Source: a virus (Duplodnaviria; Caudoviricetes). Taken from it: DNA of 40,411 nt. The notes below the pieces were generated by a model, which saw only the letters and a program-made list of their open reading frames with translations, was not told the DNA's origin and ran no database searches. Positions 7,302 to 16,733 of this stretch are shown here, piece by piece. Position numbers and translations under genes: made by a program. Location of the stretch: IMG/VR virus record IMGVR_UViG_3300025875_000060, positions 1 to 40,411 of that record; one strand, written 5' to 3'. Each line of letters begins with the position of its first letter. The stretch's first letter is position 1.

Positions 7302-9682
7302 ACCTCGGCACCCTCGTCGGCTACCTGAACCTTGACTCCGATGACTTCGACAAGGGCCTTGACGGGGCCCTCGGTCGGGTCAAGGACTTTGGCGCCAAGG
7401 GCGCTGTCATCGCTGCCGCGGCGGGCGCAGCGATCGCCGGAGCAGTCGGCGCCGCCGTAGTCGGCGGCATGAACATCGAGGCCGCCAACGACAAGCTGGC
7501 CGCCCAGCTCGGCGCCGGCAGCCCACTGGCGGAAGCCGCGGGGCAGGTAGCGGGCCATCTGTACGCCCAGGCATACGGCGACTCCCTGTCCGAGGTCAAC
7601 GAGGCCGTCCGGCAGGTGCTGCAGAACGGCCTCCTGCCCGAGGACGCCACCAACGCCCAGATCGAGGCCATCACCGGCCGCGTGATGGACCTGGCCAAGA
7701 CCTTCGACCAGGATCTGGGTGGCACCACCAACGCGGTCGCGCAGATGATCCGCACCGGTCTCGCTGACAACGCCGGGCAGGCGCTGGACGTGCTGACCCG
7801 CGGGTTCCAGCAGGGCGACGACAAGGCCGGCGACCTCCTCGACACGTTCAACGAGTACGGGGTGCAGTTCCAGAAGCTCGGGTTGGACGGCACCGCGGCG
7901 ATGGGTCTCATCTCGCAGGCCATCGACGCGGGCGCACGGGACTCTGATGTCGCCGCGGACGCGCTCAAGGAGTTTGCGATCCGGGCGGTCGACGGGTCGA
8001 AACTGACCGCGCAGGGCTTCCAGATGGTCGGGATGAACGCCGACGACATGGCCGCGAAGATCGCCGCCGGCGGGCCGACCGCGACCGACGCGCTTGGGCA
8101 GGTTCTGGACGGGCTGCGCAACATCGAGGACCCCGCCATGCGCGCGCAAGCCGCGACCGCACTGTTCGGCACCCAAGCCGAAGACCTAGGGGCCGCCCTG
8201 TACGCCATGGACACCACCACCGCAGTGCAGTCCATGGGCAACGTCGCGGGCGCCGCGGACAAGATGGGTGCGGCGCTAAACGACAACGCGTCGACGAACA
8301 TCGAATCGTTCAAGCGGCAGGCGCAGCTGGCGTTCGTCGAGGTCCTCGGCGGCAAGGTGCTGCCGTTCGTCAACTCCGCGGCCACCACGCTGGCCACCCA
8401 GTTCGGCCCGGCGGTGAAGGCCGTGGGCGGGTTCCTGTCCATGTCGCTGGTGCCGGCGCTGCAGTCGGCGGCGCAGTGGATGGCCGCGAACCAAACCCCG
8501 CTGACCATCGTCGCCGCGCTCATCACCGCGGTGTTCCTGCCCGCCCTGATCGCGATGGGTGTGCAGTCCACGATCGCCGCGGCCAAGACGGTGGCTGCGT
8601 TCGTGATGACCCAGGCTGGGGCAGTTGCCAGCGTCGCCGTGCAGTCCGCGCAGATCGCCATGATGGTGCTGCGGTGGGCGGCGATGGCCGGTGCCGCGGT
8701 CCTCAACGCAGGGCTGACCGTGGGCGCCTGGATCGGCATGGGCATCGCCGCGGTCGCGCAGGCCGCGATCGTGGCCGCCGCTTGGGTGGGCGCGCGGATC
8801 CGTACCGTCGCGTCGCTGGTGATGATGGCCGCCGGGTTCGCAGTTCAGGGCGCGGTCATGGTCTCCTCGATGGCCGCCACCGCCGCCGGGGTAGTCGCCG
8901 GGTGGGTGGTGATGGGCGTGCAATCGATGATTCAGGCCGCCCGGATGGCCGCAGCCTGGTTCATCGCCCTCGGTCCTGTCGGCTGGGTGACCGCCGCGGT
9001 GATTGGGCTGGTCGCGCTGATCATCGCAAACTGGGATCGGGTCGTGGGCTGGACGAAGTCGGCCTGGTCGGCGGTGTCCGGGGCCGTGTCCGGCGCCTGG
9101 AACACGGTGACCGGCGCCGTGTCATCCGGGGTGTCCTCGGCCGTGTCCTGGGTCGCCGGGATGCCTGGGCGGCTGCTGGGCGCCCTCGGCAACATCGGCG
9201 GGCTACTCGTCAGCGCCGGGGCCGACCTGATCCGCGGGTTCATCAACGGCATCAAGAACATGGCCGGCAACGTCGCCTCTGCCGCCATGAGCGTCGCTAA
9301 GAGCGCCGTGTCTGCCGTGACCGGGTTCCTCGGCATCCACTCCCCTTCCCGCGTCTTCGCCGACCTTGGACAGAACGTCGGCCAGGGCTTCGTAAACGGC
9401 ATCAAGTCGATGCAGCCCGCCGTAGCCGCGCAGATGCAGGCCATGGCCGACTACTCGGCGATGCAGAGCCTGTCGGTGGCGGCACCCGCCATGGCATCTG
9501 CTCGAGCTGCCGAAACCAGCTACTCCACGTCGGCCATGTCGATGCCGTCCGCAGCGCAGGCAGCGCAGGGCGGCATTGACGCGGTCGTGCGCATCGACCG
9601 GTACTACGAGGCGGAGCGGGGGGACGTGAACGCCACCGCCCACGCTCTGGCTGTCCTCGCCCGCACCGGCGGCGCCGGGTGA
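7298..9682 (+). CDS. Tape measure protein
   Basis: 794 aa Ala-rich; DLLDTFNEY, DALKEF, LFGTQAEDLG motifs; hydrophobic middle; LGIHSPSRVF near C-terminus. Confidence 0.95.
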   Translation: MNLGTLVGYLNLDSDDFDKGLDGALGRVKDFGAKGAVIAAAAGAAIAGAVGAAVVGGMNIEAANDKLAAQLGAGSPLAEAAGQVAGHLYAQAYGDSLSEVNEAVRQVLQNGLLPEDATNAQIEAITGRVMDLAKTFDQDLGGTTNAVAQMIRTGLADNAGQALDVLTRGFQQGDDKAGDLLDTFNEYGVQFQKLGLDGTAAMGLISQAIDAGARDSDVAADALKEFAIRAVDGSKLTAQGFQMVGMNADDMAAKIAAGGPTATDALGQVLDGLRNIEDPAMRAQAATALFGTQAEDLGAALYAMDTTTAVQSMGNVAGAADKMGAALNDNASTNIESFKRQAQLAFVEVLGGKVLPFVNSAATTLATQFGPAVKAVGGFLSMSLVPALQSAAQWMAANQTPLTIVAALITAVFLPALIAMGVQSTIAAAKTVAAFVMTQAGAVASVAVQSAQIAMMVLRWAAMAGAAVLNAGLTVGAWIGMGIAAVAQAAIVAAAWVGARIRTVASLVMMAAGFAVQGAVMVSSMAATAAGVVAGWVVMGVQSMIQAARMAAAWFIALGPVGWVTAAVIGLVALIIANWDRVVGWTKSAWSAVSGAVSGAWNTVTGAVSSGVSSAVSWVAGMPGRLLGALGNIGGLLVSAGADLIRGFINGIKNMAGNVASAAMSVAKSAVSAVTGFLGIHSPSRVFADLGQNVGQGFVNGIKSMQPAVAAQMQAMADYSAMQSLSVAAPAMASARAAETSYSTSAMSMPSAAQAAQGGIDAVVRIDRYYEAERGDVNATAHALAVLARTGGAG

Positions 9683-10527
9683 CCCGCACCAGCGTCACCT
9701 GGCGCGGGCTCACCTTGACCACCGGCACGGACGCCGCCTACCGGATCCTGTCGCTGGAGGGCTGGGAGGAACGCCCGACGGCCCGCTATGACAAGCAGGT
9801 CCGCACCCGGGGGCACGGCACTCACCCGTCGCCGCTGTGGTCGGACGAGCGGATCGTCACCATTGAGGGGCAGTGCTGGTCTGAGGAGCAGCGTGACCAG
9901 ATGCTGTTCGGGTTGCAGGCCGCAGCCGCCTACGGCGAGGACGACAGCACCGAGCCGCTCACCGTGGTTGCCGCGAACCGGACCCTGTCGGCGGGCGCGC
10001 AGCTACTGGTGTGCAAGCCGATGCTGGCCCGCACCGAGTGGGGCATGGGCCGCTTCGGGTGGCTGCTGCAGTGGCGCTGCCCCGACCCGCTGCGCTACGG
10101 CCCGGCCAGGAGCCCCTACATCGGCCTCCCAGTGTCCGGCGGTGGACTCACCTACCCCCTGACCTACCCACTGGACTACGGGGCTCCGGGCAGCACCGGG
10201 CAGCTGGTGCTGACCAACGCCGGAACCGCACCGGCACCGATCGTGTTCGGGGTGCGCGGTGCGCTGCCGCAGGGCTTCGAGTTGTCCGCCGGCTCCCGGC
10301 GGCTCACCTACGTCGCCCAGGTGCCGTCCGGGCAGGTCATCGCCGTCGACACGGCGGCGGGGACGGTGCTGGTGGAGGGCACTGCGGACCGGCGGGCGAA
10401 CCTGACCTACGCGGACTGGCTGGAGGTGCCGCCCATGTCGTCGCTGACCGTGCAGTTCACGTCCCTCGGTGGCGTCTACGACGTGGGCGCGCAGTTGACG
10501 GCCACGTTCGCGGACACCTACTGGTGA
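9679..10527 (+). CDS. Distal tail (Dit-like) protein
   Basis: Follows tape measure; CPDPLRYG, GLTYPLTYPL, NAGTAPA motifs. Confidence 0.8.
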   Translation: MTRTSVTWRGLTLTTGTDAAYRILSLEGWEERPTARYDKQVRTRGHGTHPSPLWSDERIVTIEGQCWSEEQRDQMLFGLQAAAAYGEDDSTEPLTVVAANRTLSAGAQLLVCKPMLARTEWGMGRFGWLLQWRCPDPLRYGPARSPYIGLPVSGGGLTYPLTYPLDYGAPGSTGQLVLTNAGTAPAPIVFGVRGALPQGFELSAGSRRLTYVAQVPSGQVIAVDTAAGTVLVEGTADRRANLTYADWLEVPPMSSLTVQFTSLGGVYDVGAQLTATFADTYW

Positions 10528-11636
10528 GCGTCACCGTCCTCTACGGGGAACTCCGCACCGGCCGCATCACCGGCAGCATCGACGTCACCACCGCACCCTG
10601 GTCGGTCGTCGCCAACGGACCAGGGCGCATCAAAACCGAGATCGCCGAGCACATCGTGCGGGACCTGGACCTGCGCAACAACGCCCAAGCCGCCCGCTGC
10701 TTCCTCGCCGTCGACGTCGACGGGCGCATCCAGGAAGCCGGGCCGATCTGGTCCCGCACCTGGAACGACGACGACGGCGTCCTCACCCTCGGCGCCGCGG
10801 GTCTGTGGTCTCTGTTCGACCACCGGCATGTCCTCGAACTCGCCGACGCCGGGACACCCATCCAGTCCAGAAGCGTCACCCTCGACACCCTCACCCTCGG
10901 CGGCATCGGCAAGGGACTGGTCGCCCTGGCGATGCAGTGGGCGGGCGGGAACCTGCCCCTCGTCATGGGCATCGGGGCCACCGCCGGCGACCATACCGAG
11001 ACGTTCCCCGGCTGGAAGCTGCTGAAGGTCGGCGACCAGCTGCGGGAGTTGACCGCCCGGGAGGCCGGGGCCCCTGACATCCGGTTCCGCCCCCGCTACC
11101 AGGCGGACCGCCGGTTCATCGAGTGGGTGATGGACACCGGTGACGAAGATCAGCCGCTGCTCACCCAGGTCGGCGCCGACTGGGTGTTCGACGCGACTGC
11201 CCGCAAGGGCCCCGTCGTGTCGATCAACACCGACGAAGACGCCACCGTCATGGGCATGTGGGCGTTCGAGACCGGGCAGGGCAACGAGGAGGACACGCTG
11301 ATGGCGTGGGCCTACGACCGGACGCTGGTCGACGCCGGGTGGCCGCTGCTGGAGGTGTCCGAGCTCCGGTCGACGGTGTCGGACTTGGGCACGCTGTCCG
11401 GGCACGCCGACAACCTCCTTGCCCGCTCGGCCCGCCCGATCGAGACGTGGACGGTGACTGTGCGGGCCGCCGCTGCGGCGGAGGTGCTGCCGGGCGACTA
11501 CTGCCAGGTGGTGCCGCGCACCAGCAGTGCATGGCTCGGGCTGGAGGGCACCGCGTTCATGCGGGTGAAGACGAAGTCCGGGGACTTGGGGGACAACATC
11601 AAGCTGGAGATGTACGCCGTCGCCGGGAGGCTCTGA
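10524..11636 (+). CDS. Minor tail / baseplate hub protein
   Basis: Follows Dit; GPIW.R.W, PDIRFRPRY, GWPLLE motifs. Confidence 0.75.
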   Translation: MSVTVLYGELRTGRITGSIDVTTAPWSVVANGPGRIKTEIAEHIVRDLDLRNNAQAARCFLAVDVDGRIQEAGPIWSRTWNDDDGVLTLGAAGLWSLFDHRHVLELADAGTPIQSRSVTLDTLTLGGIGKGLVALAMQWAGGNLPLVMGIGATAGDHTETFPGWKLLKVGDQLRELTAREAGAPDIRFRPRYQADRRFIEWVMDTGDEDQPLLTQVGADWVFDATARKGPVVSINTDEDATVMGMWAFETGQGNEEDTLMAWAYDRTLVDAGWPLLEVSELRSTVSDLGTLSGHADNLLARSARPIETWTVTVRAAAAAEVLPGDYCQVVPRTSSAWLGLEGTAFMRVKTKSGDLGDNIKLEMYAVAGRL

Positions 11637-11728
11637 TGACGCTGTGGAACCGACTCGAAGACATCGTGCGGCAGGTGATCGCTAACGCGGTACGCGATGG
11701 CCGCGTTCGCCAGAAGCCCGGCAGCTGA
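11636..11728 (+). CDS. 30-aa translationally coupled mini-ORF
   Basis: TGATG overlaps at both ends; GGGAGG RBS; MTLWNRLEDIVRQVIANAVRDGRVRQKPGS. Confidence 0.5.
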   Translation: MTLWNRLEDIVRQVIANAVRDGRVRQKPGS

Positions 11729-12462
11729 TGGGCCTGGACGCCGGCACACCCCCCGGCCTGTGGGAGCGAGTCCGCACGATCGCCTCCGAGGAGGTGGCGA
11801 AGTTCGCCCGCTCCGGGTTCCTCCGCAACGCCTCCATCACCGACGGCGGACTCACCATCCGCGGCGGGTTCCTAGCCATGATGTCCGGGGCCGTCCAGGT
11901 GCTCTACGCCGGACCGGGCGCATCGGCGATCACCAACGGCACCGACGAACAGGTGTTCCTGCTCTACCGGCGAGACGGCACACTCGCGGTGGCGCTGTTC
12001 GACCCGACCGGCGCTGCAGACGGATCGGTTGACCAGGAGTTCCTCCTGTTCGACCGGGCCGGGAACCAGATCTTCGGCGCCGACGTGGTCACCGGGCAGG
12101 GCCTGGCGCGGCCCCTCATGCCCATCATGTTCTACCCGGCCATGTTCGGTGGGGCCACGTCAACCACATCGACGTCGTTCACCACGATCTGGCGGTCCAC
12201 CAGCTATAAGCAGCAGCCGCAGGTCGTCGTCGGCATGAGCGCCACCACGACGGGAACCACCGGCGAGGTGCGGCTGCTGGCCAACGGCTCGCAGCTCGGG
12301 GCGACGCAGCCGGTGACCACCGCAGGCGGCTCCTACCTGATCGGCCCACTGCCAGTGCCCGGCGGGCACATCTCAACGCTGACCCTGGAGATCCAGGCGC
12401 GCTGCACGGGTGCCGGGACGATCAACGCCATCCCCTACCTGGCGACCGGCTACCCGTCCTGA
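11728..12462 (+). CDS. Minor tail protein
   Basis: LRNASITDGGLTI and GQGLARP motifs of actinophage tail-tip proteins; synteny. Confidence 0.7.
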   Translation: MGLDAGTPPGLWERVRTIASEEVAKFARSGFLRNASITDGGLTIRGGFLAMMSGAVQVLYAGPGASAITNGTDEQVFLLYRRDGTLAVALFDPTGAADGSVDQEFLLFDRAGNQIFGADVVTGQGLARPLMPIMFYPAMFGGATSTTSTSFTTIWRSTSYKQQPQVVVGMSATTTGTTGEVRLLANGSQLGATQPVTTAGGSYLIGPLPVPGGHISTLTLEIQARCTGAGTINAIPYLATGYPS

Positions 12463-12977
12463 GCGGGGGTGGCTCCGGGGGCGACGTAGCCGGACTCACC
12501 GGGCAGCCTCGGGACCGGCGGCGGAGGCAGCATCGGGGGGGCCGCATTGACGACACCAGGCGGCGCGGGGGCCTGCGTGTACTGACCGTCCGGGCCGATG
12601 GTGCCGATGCTCGGATCGCCGCCGGCGTCCGGGGCGCTGGTCTGCTGCTGCTCGGTCACAACCGGAACGGTACTGGCTGACGGCACCTCTACGGGCGCCT
12701 CGACGACCGCGGGGCCTGAAGCAGAGGTCGGTGCCGCCACCGCCGCAGATGTCGCGGCAGGTGCCGCACTTGAGGTCGGCGCCGCCGCCGGGCTGCCCTG
12801 GCTGCTCGGACTGGCCGGGCTGGTTGAGGCCTCGCCGGGCGACAGCTCCGTGACCGCGCTCGTCGGCTCCGTGCCACCCCCCAGCGCCGACACACCGGCC
12901 CCCACCGCGGCGAACGCCAACGCGGCACCCACCACGCCGTAGGTGACCGACTTGCGGGCTTCCTCGATCTTCCCCAC
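12450..12977 (-). CDS. Membrane-anchored or secreted Pro/Ala/Ser-rich protein (antisense moron)
   Basis: GAGGAGG RBS, GTG start, N-terminal hydrophobic segment, low-complexity tail; TACGGT -10 upstream. Confidence 0.65.
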   Translation of the reverse strand: MGKIEEARKSVTYGVVGAALAFAAVGAGVSALGGGTEPTSAVTELSPGEASTSPASPSSQGSPAAAPTSSAAPAATSAAVAAPTSASGPAVVEAPVEVPSASTVPVVTEQQQTSAPDAGGDPSIGTIGPDGQYTQAPAPPGVVNAAPPMLPPPPVPRLPGESGYVAPGATPAQDG

Positions 12978-13074
12978 CGGGGCCTCCTCGACTTGGTCCG
13001 CCCACCGTAAAGCAGACGGCGGCGAGCCGTAACCCACCCGATCCGCTGAACCTGACAACGACCGGGAGGTCCCT

Positions 13075-14160
13075 ATGGCAGCCGACGCACTCCACGTCAC
13101 CGGAGCCACCGACGCACGCGAAGCCCGCCTCGACACCGGCGGCCTCATCGCCACCCAGGGCGCCACCTCCATCGACACCCGCACCGGCGTCCTCTTCGGC
13201 CCCGGATCCACCGCCGTCGTCACCGGCACCTCCGCCACCGCACCCATGTCCTACGCGGTCGCCGTCCACCACGCCGTCACCACCCGCGGCGCCGCCTACG
13301 GCCCCTACCTCGGCCCCACCAACGACACCGCCACCACCGCCACCACCACCGCCGCACCCGCGTCCGGCTCACGCATCGACATCATCTACACCAAGCAGCA
13401 GGACAACACCGCCGGCATCCCCACCCCCGACACCGGGTCACCCGCCCCGCTGATCGCCGTCGTCCAGGGCACCTCATCCACCGGCACCCCGGTAGCACCG
13501 CCGCTGCCGGTCGGCGCCGAGGAGCTGGCCCGGGCGACGGTCGCCGCCGGCGCCACGTCCACCAACGGCACCGGCGTCACGATCACCAACACCGCCCGGC
13601 AGACCGTCGCCCGCGGCGCCCGCATCCCCGTCCGAACCCAAGCCGACCGAGACGCCCTCACCCTCTACAAGGGGCTCGAGGTGTACCGCCTCGACACCGG
13701 CGCGGTCGAGATCAACACCACCGGCACCAGTAGCGGCTGGGCATCCACCACCCCCGGAACCATCGGCTGCACATGGACGGCTTCACCCGCCCTCATGCCC
13801 AGCGGCCAGCCCTGGGGGCCTGGGACGCCGACGATCGTCAGCCAGTCCGGGGGGACGTTCACCCCCGGCGGGGACGCGATCATCGTCCCCGTCAGCGGCA
13901 TGTGGCTGGTGAGCTGGAAGTTCCATCTCACCTCAGCCACCTACGGGCCCCGGGCGTTCATGGACATCAACGCCCCCACCGAGGGCGCCCGGGCAGGCCT
14001 CGGCGGCCCAGGCGAGACCGACGGTTCGGTCACTGCGCTGCTCCCCGTCGCCGCGGGCGGCGCCCTCATCCACACCATCTTCTTGACTCTGTCGACGGCG
14101 CCGACGTCCGCAGCGTGGACCGCGTCCGGCCGGATGGTCCGGGTCGGGAACCTCCTCTGA
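13075..14160 (+). CDS. Minor tail protein / tail fibre
   Basis: GVLFG, SRIDIIY, P.LP.GAEELA, TVARGARIPV motifs; C-terminal beta-sandwich-like region. Confidence 0.75.
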   Translation: MAADALHVTGATDAREARLDTGGLIATQGATSIDTRTGVLFGPGSTAVVTGTSATAPMSYAVAVHHAVTTRGAAYGPYLGPTNDTATTATTTAAPASGSRIDIIYTKQQDNTAGIPTPDTGSPAPLIAVVQGTSSTGTPVAPPLPVGAEELARATVAAGATSTNGTGVTITNTARQTVARGARIPVRTQADRDALTLYKGLEVYRLDTGAVEINTTGTSSGWASTTPGTIGCTWTASPALMPSGQPWGPGTPTIVSQSGGTFTPGGDAIIVPVSGMWLVSWKFHLTSATYGPRAFMDINAPTEGARAGLGGPGETDGSVTALLPVAAGGALIHTIFLTLSTAPTSAAWTASGRMVRVGNLL

Positions 14161-14256
14161 CCAGACCGGTGCACCTGGGCGACGCCTGACCGGCGACCCG
14201 CCTCGCACCCGACCACCACCCGGTGGCCGGGCCCGACCCATGCCCAGGAGGTGCCG

Positions 14257-14574
14257 GTGCGCTACGTCCGCGATGTCCCCGCCGACGACTCAGCCGCGCT
14301 CGATGCCGAGAGCGCGCACGTCATCGCGCACCTGTCCGCGGTCGCTGATGCCGACGACGACCCGGAGACCAACGCCGACGACGTCCAGGTGTGGACCGAG
14401 CGGCATCCCGACGGCCCGACCCAGCTGCGCATCGTCGGCGAGCTCGACGCCGAACCCGACGCCCCCTACCTGCGGCCGGGCTACGACCCGCTCGCCGGGG
14501 TCGACCCCGAGCTGTACGCGGCTGAGGTCGCCGCGGCCCTCCGGGACGAGGAGGTGCTCCGTGGGCAGGCGTGA
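14257..14574 (+). CDS. Acidic hypothetical protein upstream of endolysin
   Basis: AGGAGG RBS; phage-like codon usage; overlaps endolysin start. Confidence 0.65.
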   Translation: MRYVRDVPADDSAALDAESAHVIAHLSAVADADDDPETNADDVQVWTERHPDGPTQLRIVGELDAEPDAPYLRPGYDPLAGVDPELYAAEVAAALRDEEVLRGQA

Positions 14575-15583
14575 CGGAGTCCAGGTCGTCCTCGAGGTCG
14601 TCGCCCGGATGCGGGCCATCGAGCCCCGCCTGGTCGTCTCCTACGAGCCGGGCTGGGAGACCCGCGGGAACGGCACCAGCGCCAACTACGAGGGCGCGCT
14701 GGTCCACCACACCGCCTCCGCGTCGTCGCTGGCCAACCCGTTCCCCACCCAGCGCGTGCTCCGCGACGGCCGCCCGGACCTGTCCGGCCCGCTGTGCAAC
14801 TTCGCCGGCCCGGCGTGCACCGTCGACGCCCCGCGGCTGCACGTGATGTCGGCGAACCCGGCCAACCACGCTGGCGCGTCCGGGGGCCGCTCGATGGGCC
14901 CCCTGCCGGTCACGTCGCTGTTCAACCCCCGGGTGCTGGGCCTGGAGATCGACTACGCCGGCACCGTGGCGATGCTCGCCGGGCAGCTGTACGTCGGGCA
15001 CCTGTTCGGCCGGGCCGCCGCGGACGTTGTCGGCGGCGGGGACATCGAGCGGGTCCGGGCGCACTTCGAGACCAGCGTGACCGGCAAGTGGGACATCGGC
15101 GCCGGTGCCGGCACGAAGACCTACGACATGGCCGCGTTCCGCCTGGACGCCGCCGCCATCACCACCGCACCCATCCCCGCTCCTGAGGAGTACGACATGC
15201 CCAATTTCGTCGGCTACCGCAACGACGACAAGCAGGGTGGCGACGGTGAGTGCGTGCTCGCCGCACCCGGCTACTGGATCCACGTCGTGAACCCCGGGTA
15301 CCGCGACCTCTACGTCAACCGGGGTGTCGTCGAGAAGTTCCAGGACGTCAACTCCAACGAGTTCGCGCACTTCCGCGACTACGTGTACCTCGCCGCCCCC
15401 GCCGGCTCCGGGCGCACCACCGACATGCTGTCGTCGCTGGCCGCTCAGGTCGCCGGGATCAAGCCTGCCGACGTCGACGAGGACGCGCTCGCCGCGATCC
15501 TGGCACCCAAGCTCACCGGGGCCACGAAGGACGAGATCGCCGAGGCGCTGCGCGACGTCCTGCGCGACGGCGTCGGCGCCTGA
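14561..15583 (+). CDS. Endolysin, N-acetylmuramoyl-L-alanine amidase (Amidase_2-like)
   Basis: GWETRGNG, VHHTA, GRPDLSGPLCN, ANHAG, GLEID, AHFE..GKWD Zn-amidase motifs; GAGGAGG RBS. Confidence 0.9.
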   Translation: MGRRDGVQVVLEVVARMRAIEPRLVVSYEPGWETRGNGTSANYEGALVHHTASASSLANPFPTQRVLRDGRPDLSGPLCNFAGPACTVDAPRLHVMSANPANHAGASGGRSMGPLPVTSLFNPRVLGLEIDYAGTVAMLAGQLYVGHLFGRAAADVVGGGDIERVRAHFETSVTGKWDIGAGAGTKTYDMAAFRLDAAAITTAPIPAPEEYDMPNFVGYRNDDKQGGDGECVLAAPGYWIHVVNPGYRDLYVNRGVVEKFQDVNSNEFAHFRDYVYLAAPAGSGRTTDMLSSLAAQVAGIKPADVDEDALAAILAPKLTGATKDEIAEALRDVLRDGVGA

Positions 15584-15610
15584 GCGCCAGCCACGACGAA
15601 GGGGGACGTC

Positions 15611-15898
15611 GTGGATGAATGGACCGGCCTGCCGTTCGGACAACTCAGTGCGGGGGCGCTTGTCGCCCTGATCGTGCTGCTGATCCTGCGCGGCAGCCTG
15701 GTCACGCGCCGCCAGCTCCTCGACGTGATGGAGGACCGCGACAAATGGCGCACCTCATCGGAGGACTGGCAGCGCTCATCCACCCAACTGTCCATGTCCG
15801 TGGAGAAGCTCGTGGTGCTCGCCGAGACCACCAATCACGCGCTCACCGAAATCCAGCAGCTGGCGGCACGACCCGGCGCCCCGGAGTCAGCCCCATGA
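15611..15898 (+). CDS. Membrane protein of lysis cassette (1 TM plus coiled coil)
   Basis: Hydrophobic N-terminus GALVALIVLLILRGSLV, then RDKWR. Confidence 0.7.
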   Translation: MDEWTGLPFGQLSAGALVALIVLLILRGSLVTRRQLLDVMEDRDKWRTSSEDWQRSSTQLSMSVEKLVVLAETTNHALTEIQQLAARPGAPESAP

Positions 15899-16110
15899 TC
15901 GCCCCGCCCGCATGGTGGCCATGGCACCGCCACCCGCCCCGGGCATCCGCTGATGCCCAGGCGGCTGTCGCGCACGCGCGCCGGGCATCCGAGGATGCCG
16001 CCGCTCTCGGGCGCCGCGTCGATTTCGCCACCGAACAGTTGGCTGCCACCCGATCGCGTAACCACTTCGCGGTCGCCGTCGAGCAGTCGATGAACAACAA
16101 GAGGACGTGA
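15895..16110 (+). CDS. Small lysis-cassette protein
   Basis: ATGA overlap; WWPW N-terminus and RNHFA motif seen in actinophage lysis cassettes. Confidence 0.65.
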   Translation: MIAPPAWWPWHRHPPRASADAQAAVAHARRASEDAAALGRRVDFATEQLAATRSRNHFAVAVEQSMNNKRT

Positions 16111-16111
16111 C

Positions 16112-16465
16112 GTGCCACCACCTCCACCCCCCTTCTGGGACAACCCGGCCTTCTGGGTGTACCTGTTGACCTGGCTCCCGTTCGTCGCCTTCCTGACCCT
16201 CTACGGAACCCGGTCACAGTGGTCGGAATCCGGGATCGGCCGCGCCCTGTTCACCCTCGCCGCGTCCATGGTCGCCGTCCTCACCAACGCCCTGGCCGGG
16301 ATCGTGTTCGGCGACTACCCGGGCCGCGACATGTTCCGCCTCGTCCTGCTCGGCGGCGTGTCCCTGGCGGGCTGGAACCTGCTCCGCAACCTCGTCGGCG
16401 TCCAGCGGGAAGCCGGACGAACCCACGATGACCCCGAACTCACCCACCCCAAGGAAACCCCGTGA
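16112..16465 (+). CDS. Putative holin (3 TM)
   Basis: Three hydrophobic segments; Y...SQW..SGIGRAL and GDYPGR motifs. Confidence 0.7.
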   Translation: MPPPPPPFWDNPAFWVYLLTWLPFVAFLTLYGTRSQWSESGIGRALFTLAASMVAVLTNALAGIVFGDYPGRDMFRLVLLGGVSLAGWNLLRNLVGVQREAGRTHDDPELTHPKETP

Positions 16466-16701
16466 AGAAGCTCAACTACGCCGAGCCCGCCGTCCTGCGC
16501 GGCATCATCGCCGCGCTCGTCTCCCTGGCCGCGTCGCTGGGGTTCGTGATCCCGGCGGACATCACCGGCGCCGCCGAGGCAGCGATCCCGGTCCTGTCGT
16601 TCCTCATCCCCCTCGGCCTGTCGCTGTGGACCCGGGCGGCGGTGTTCGCCCCGAAGACCGTCGATGCGATCACCGGACGGCACGCCGCACCCGAAGCCTG
16701 A
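16462..16701 (+). CDS. Putative holin (2 TM)
   Basis: EPAVLRG, two hydrophobic helices, W.R..V.P, C-terminal GRHAA. Confidence 0.7.
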   Translation: MKKLNYAEPAVLRGIIAALVSLAASLGFVIPADITGAAEAAIPVLSFLIPLGLSLWTRAAVFAPKTVDAITGRHAAPEA

Positions 16702-16733
16702 CCGACGACGACCCGGGACGGGGTGGCTAGCCG

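Noticed and set aside
7321-8745. Long minus-strand ORFs over the tape measure gene (likewise 5554-6879, 6869-8176, 14321-15643)
   Set aside because: Antisense shadows of well-supported genes in GC-rich DNA
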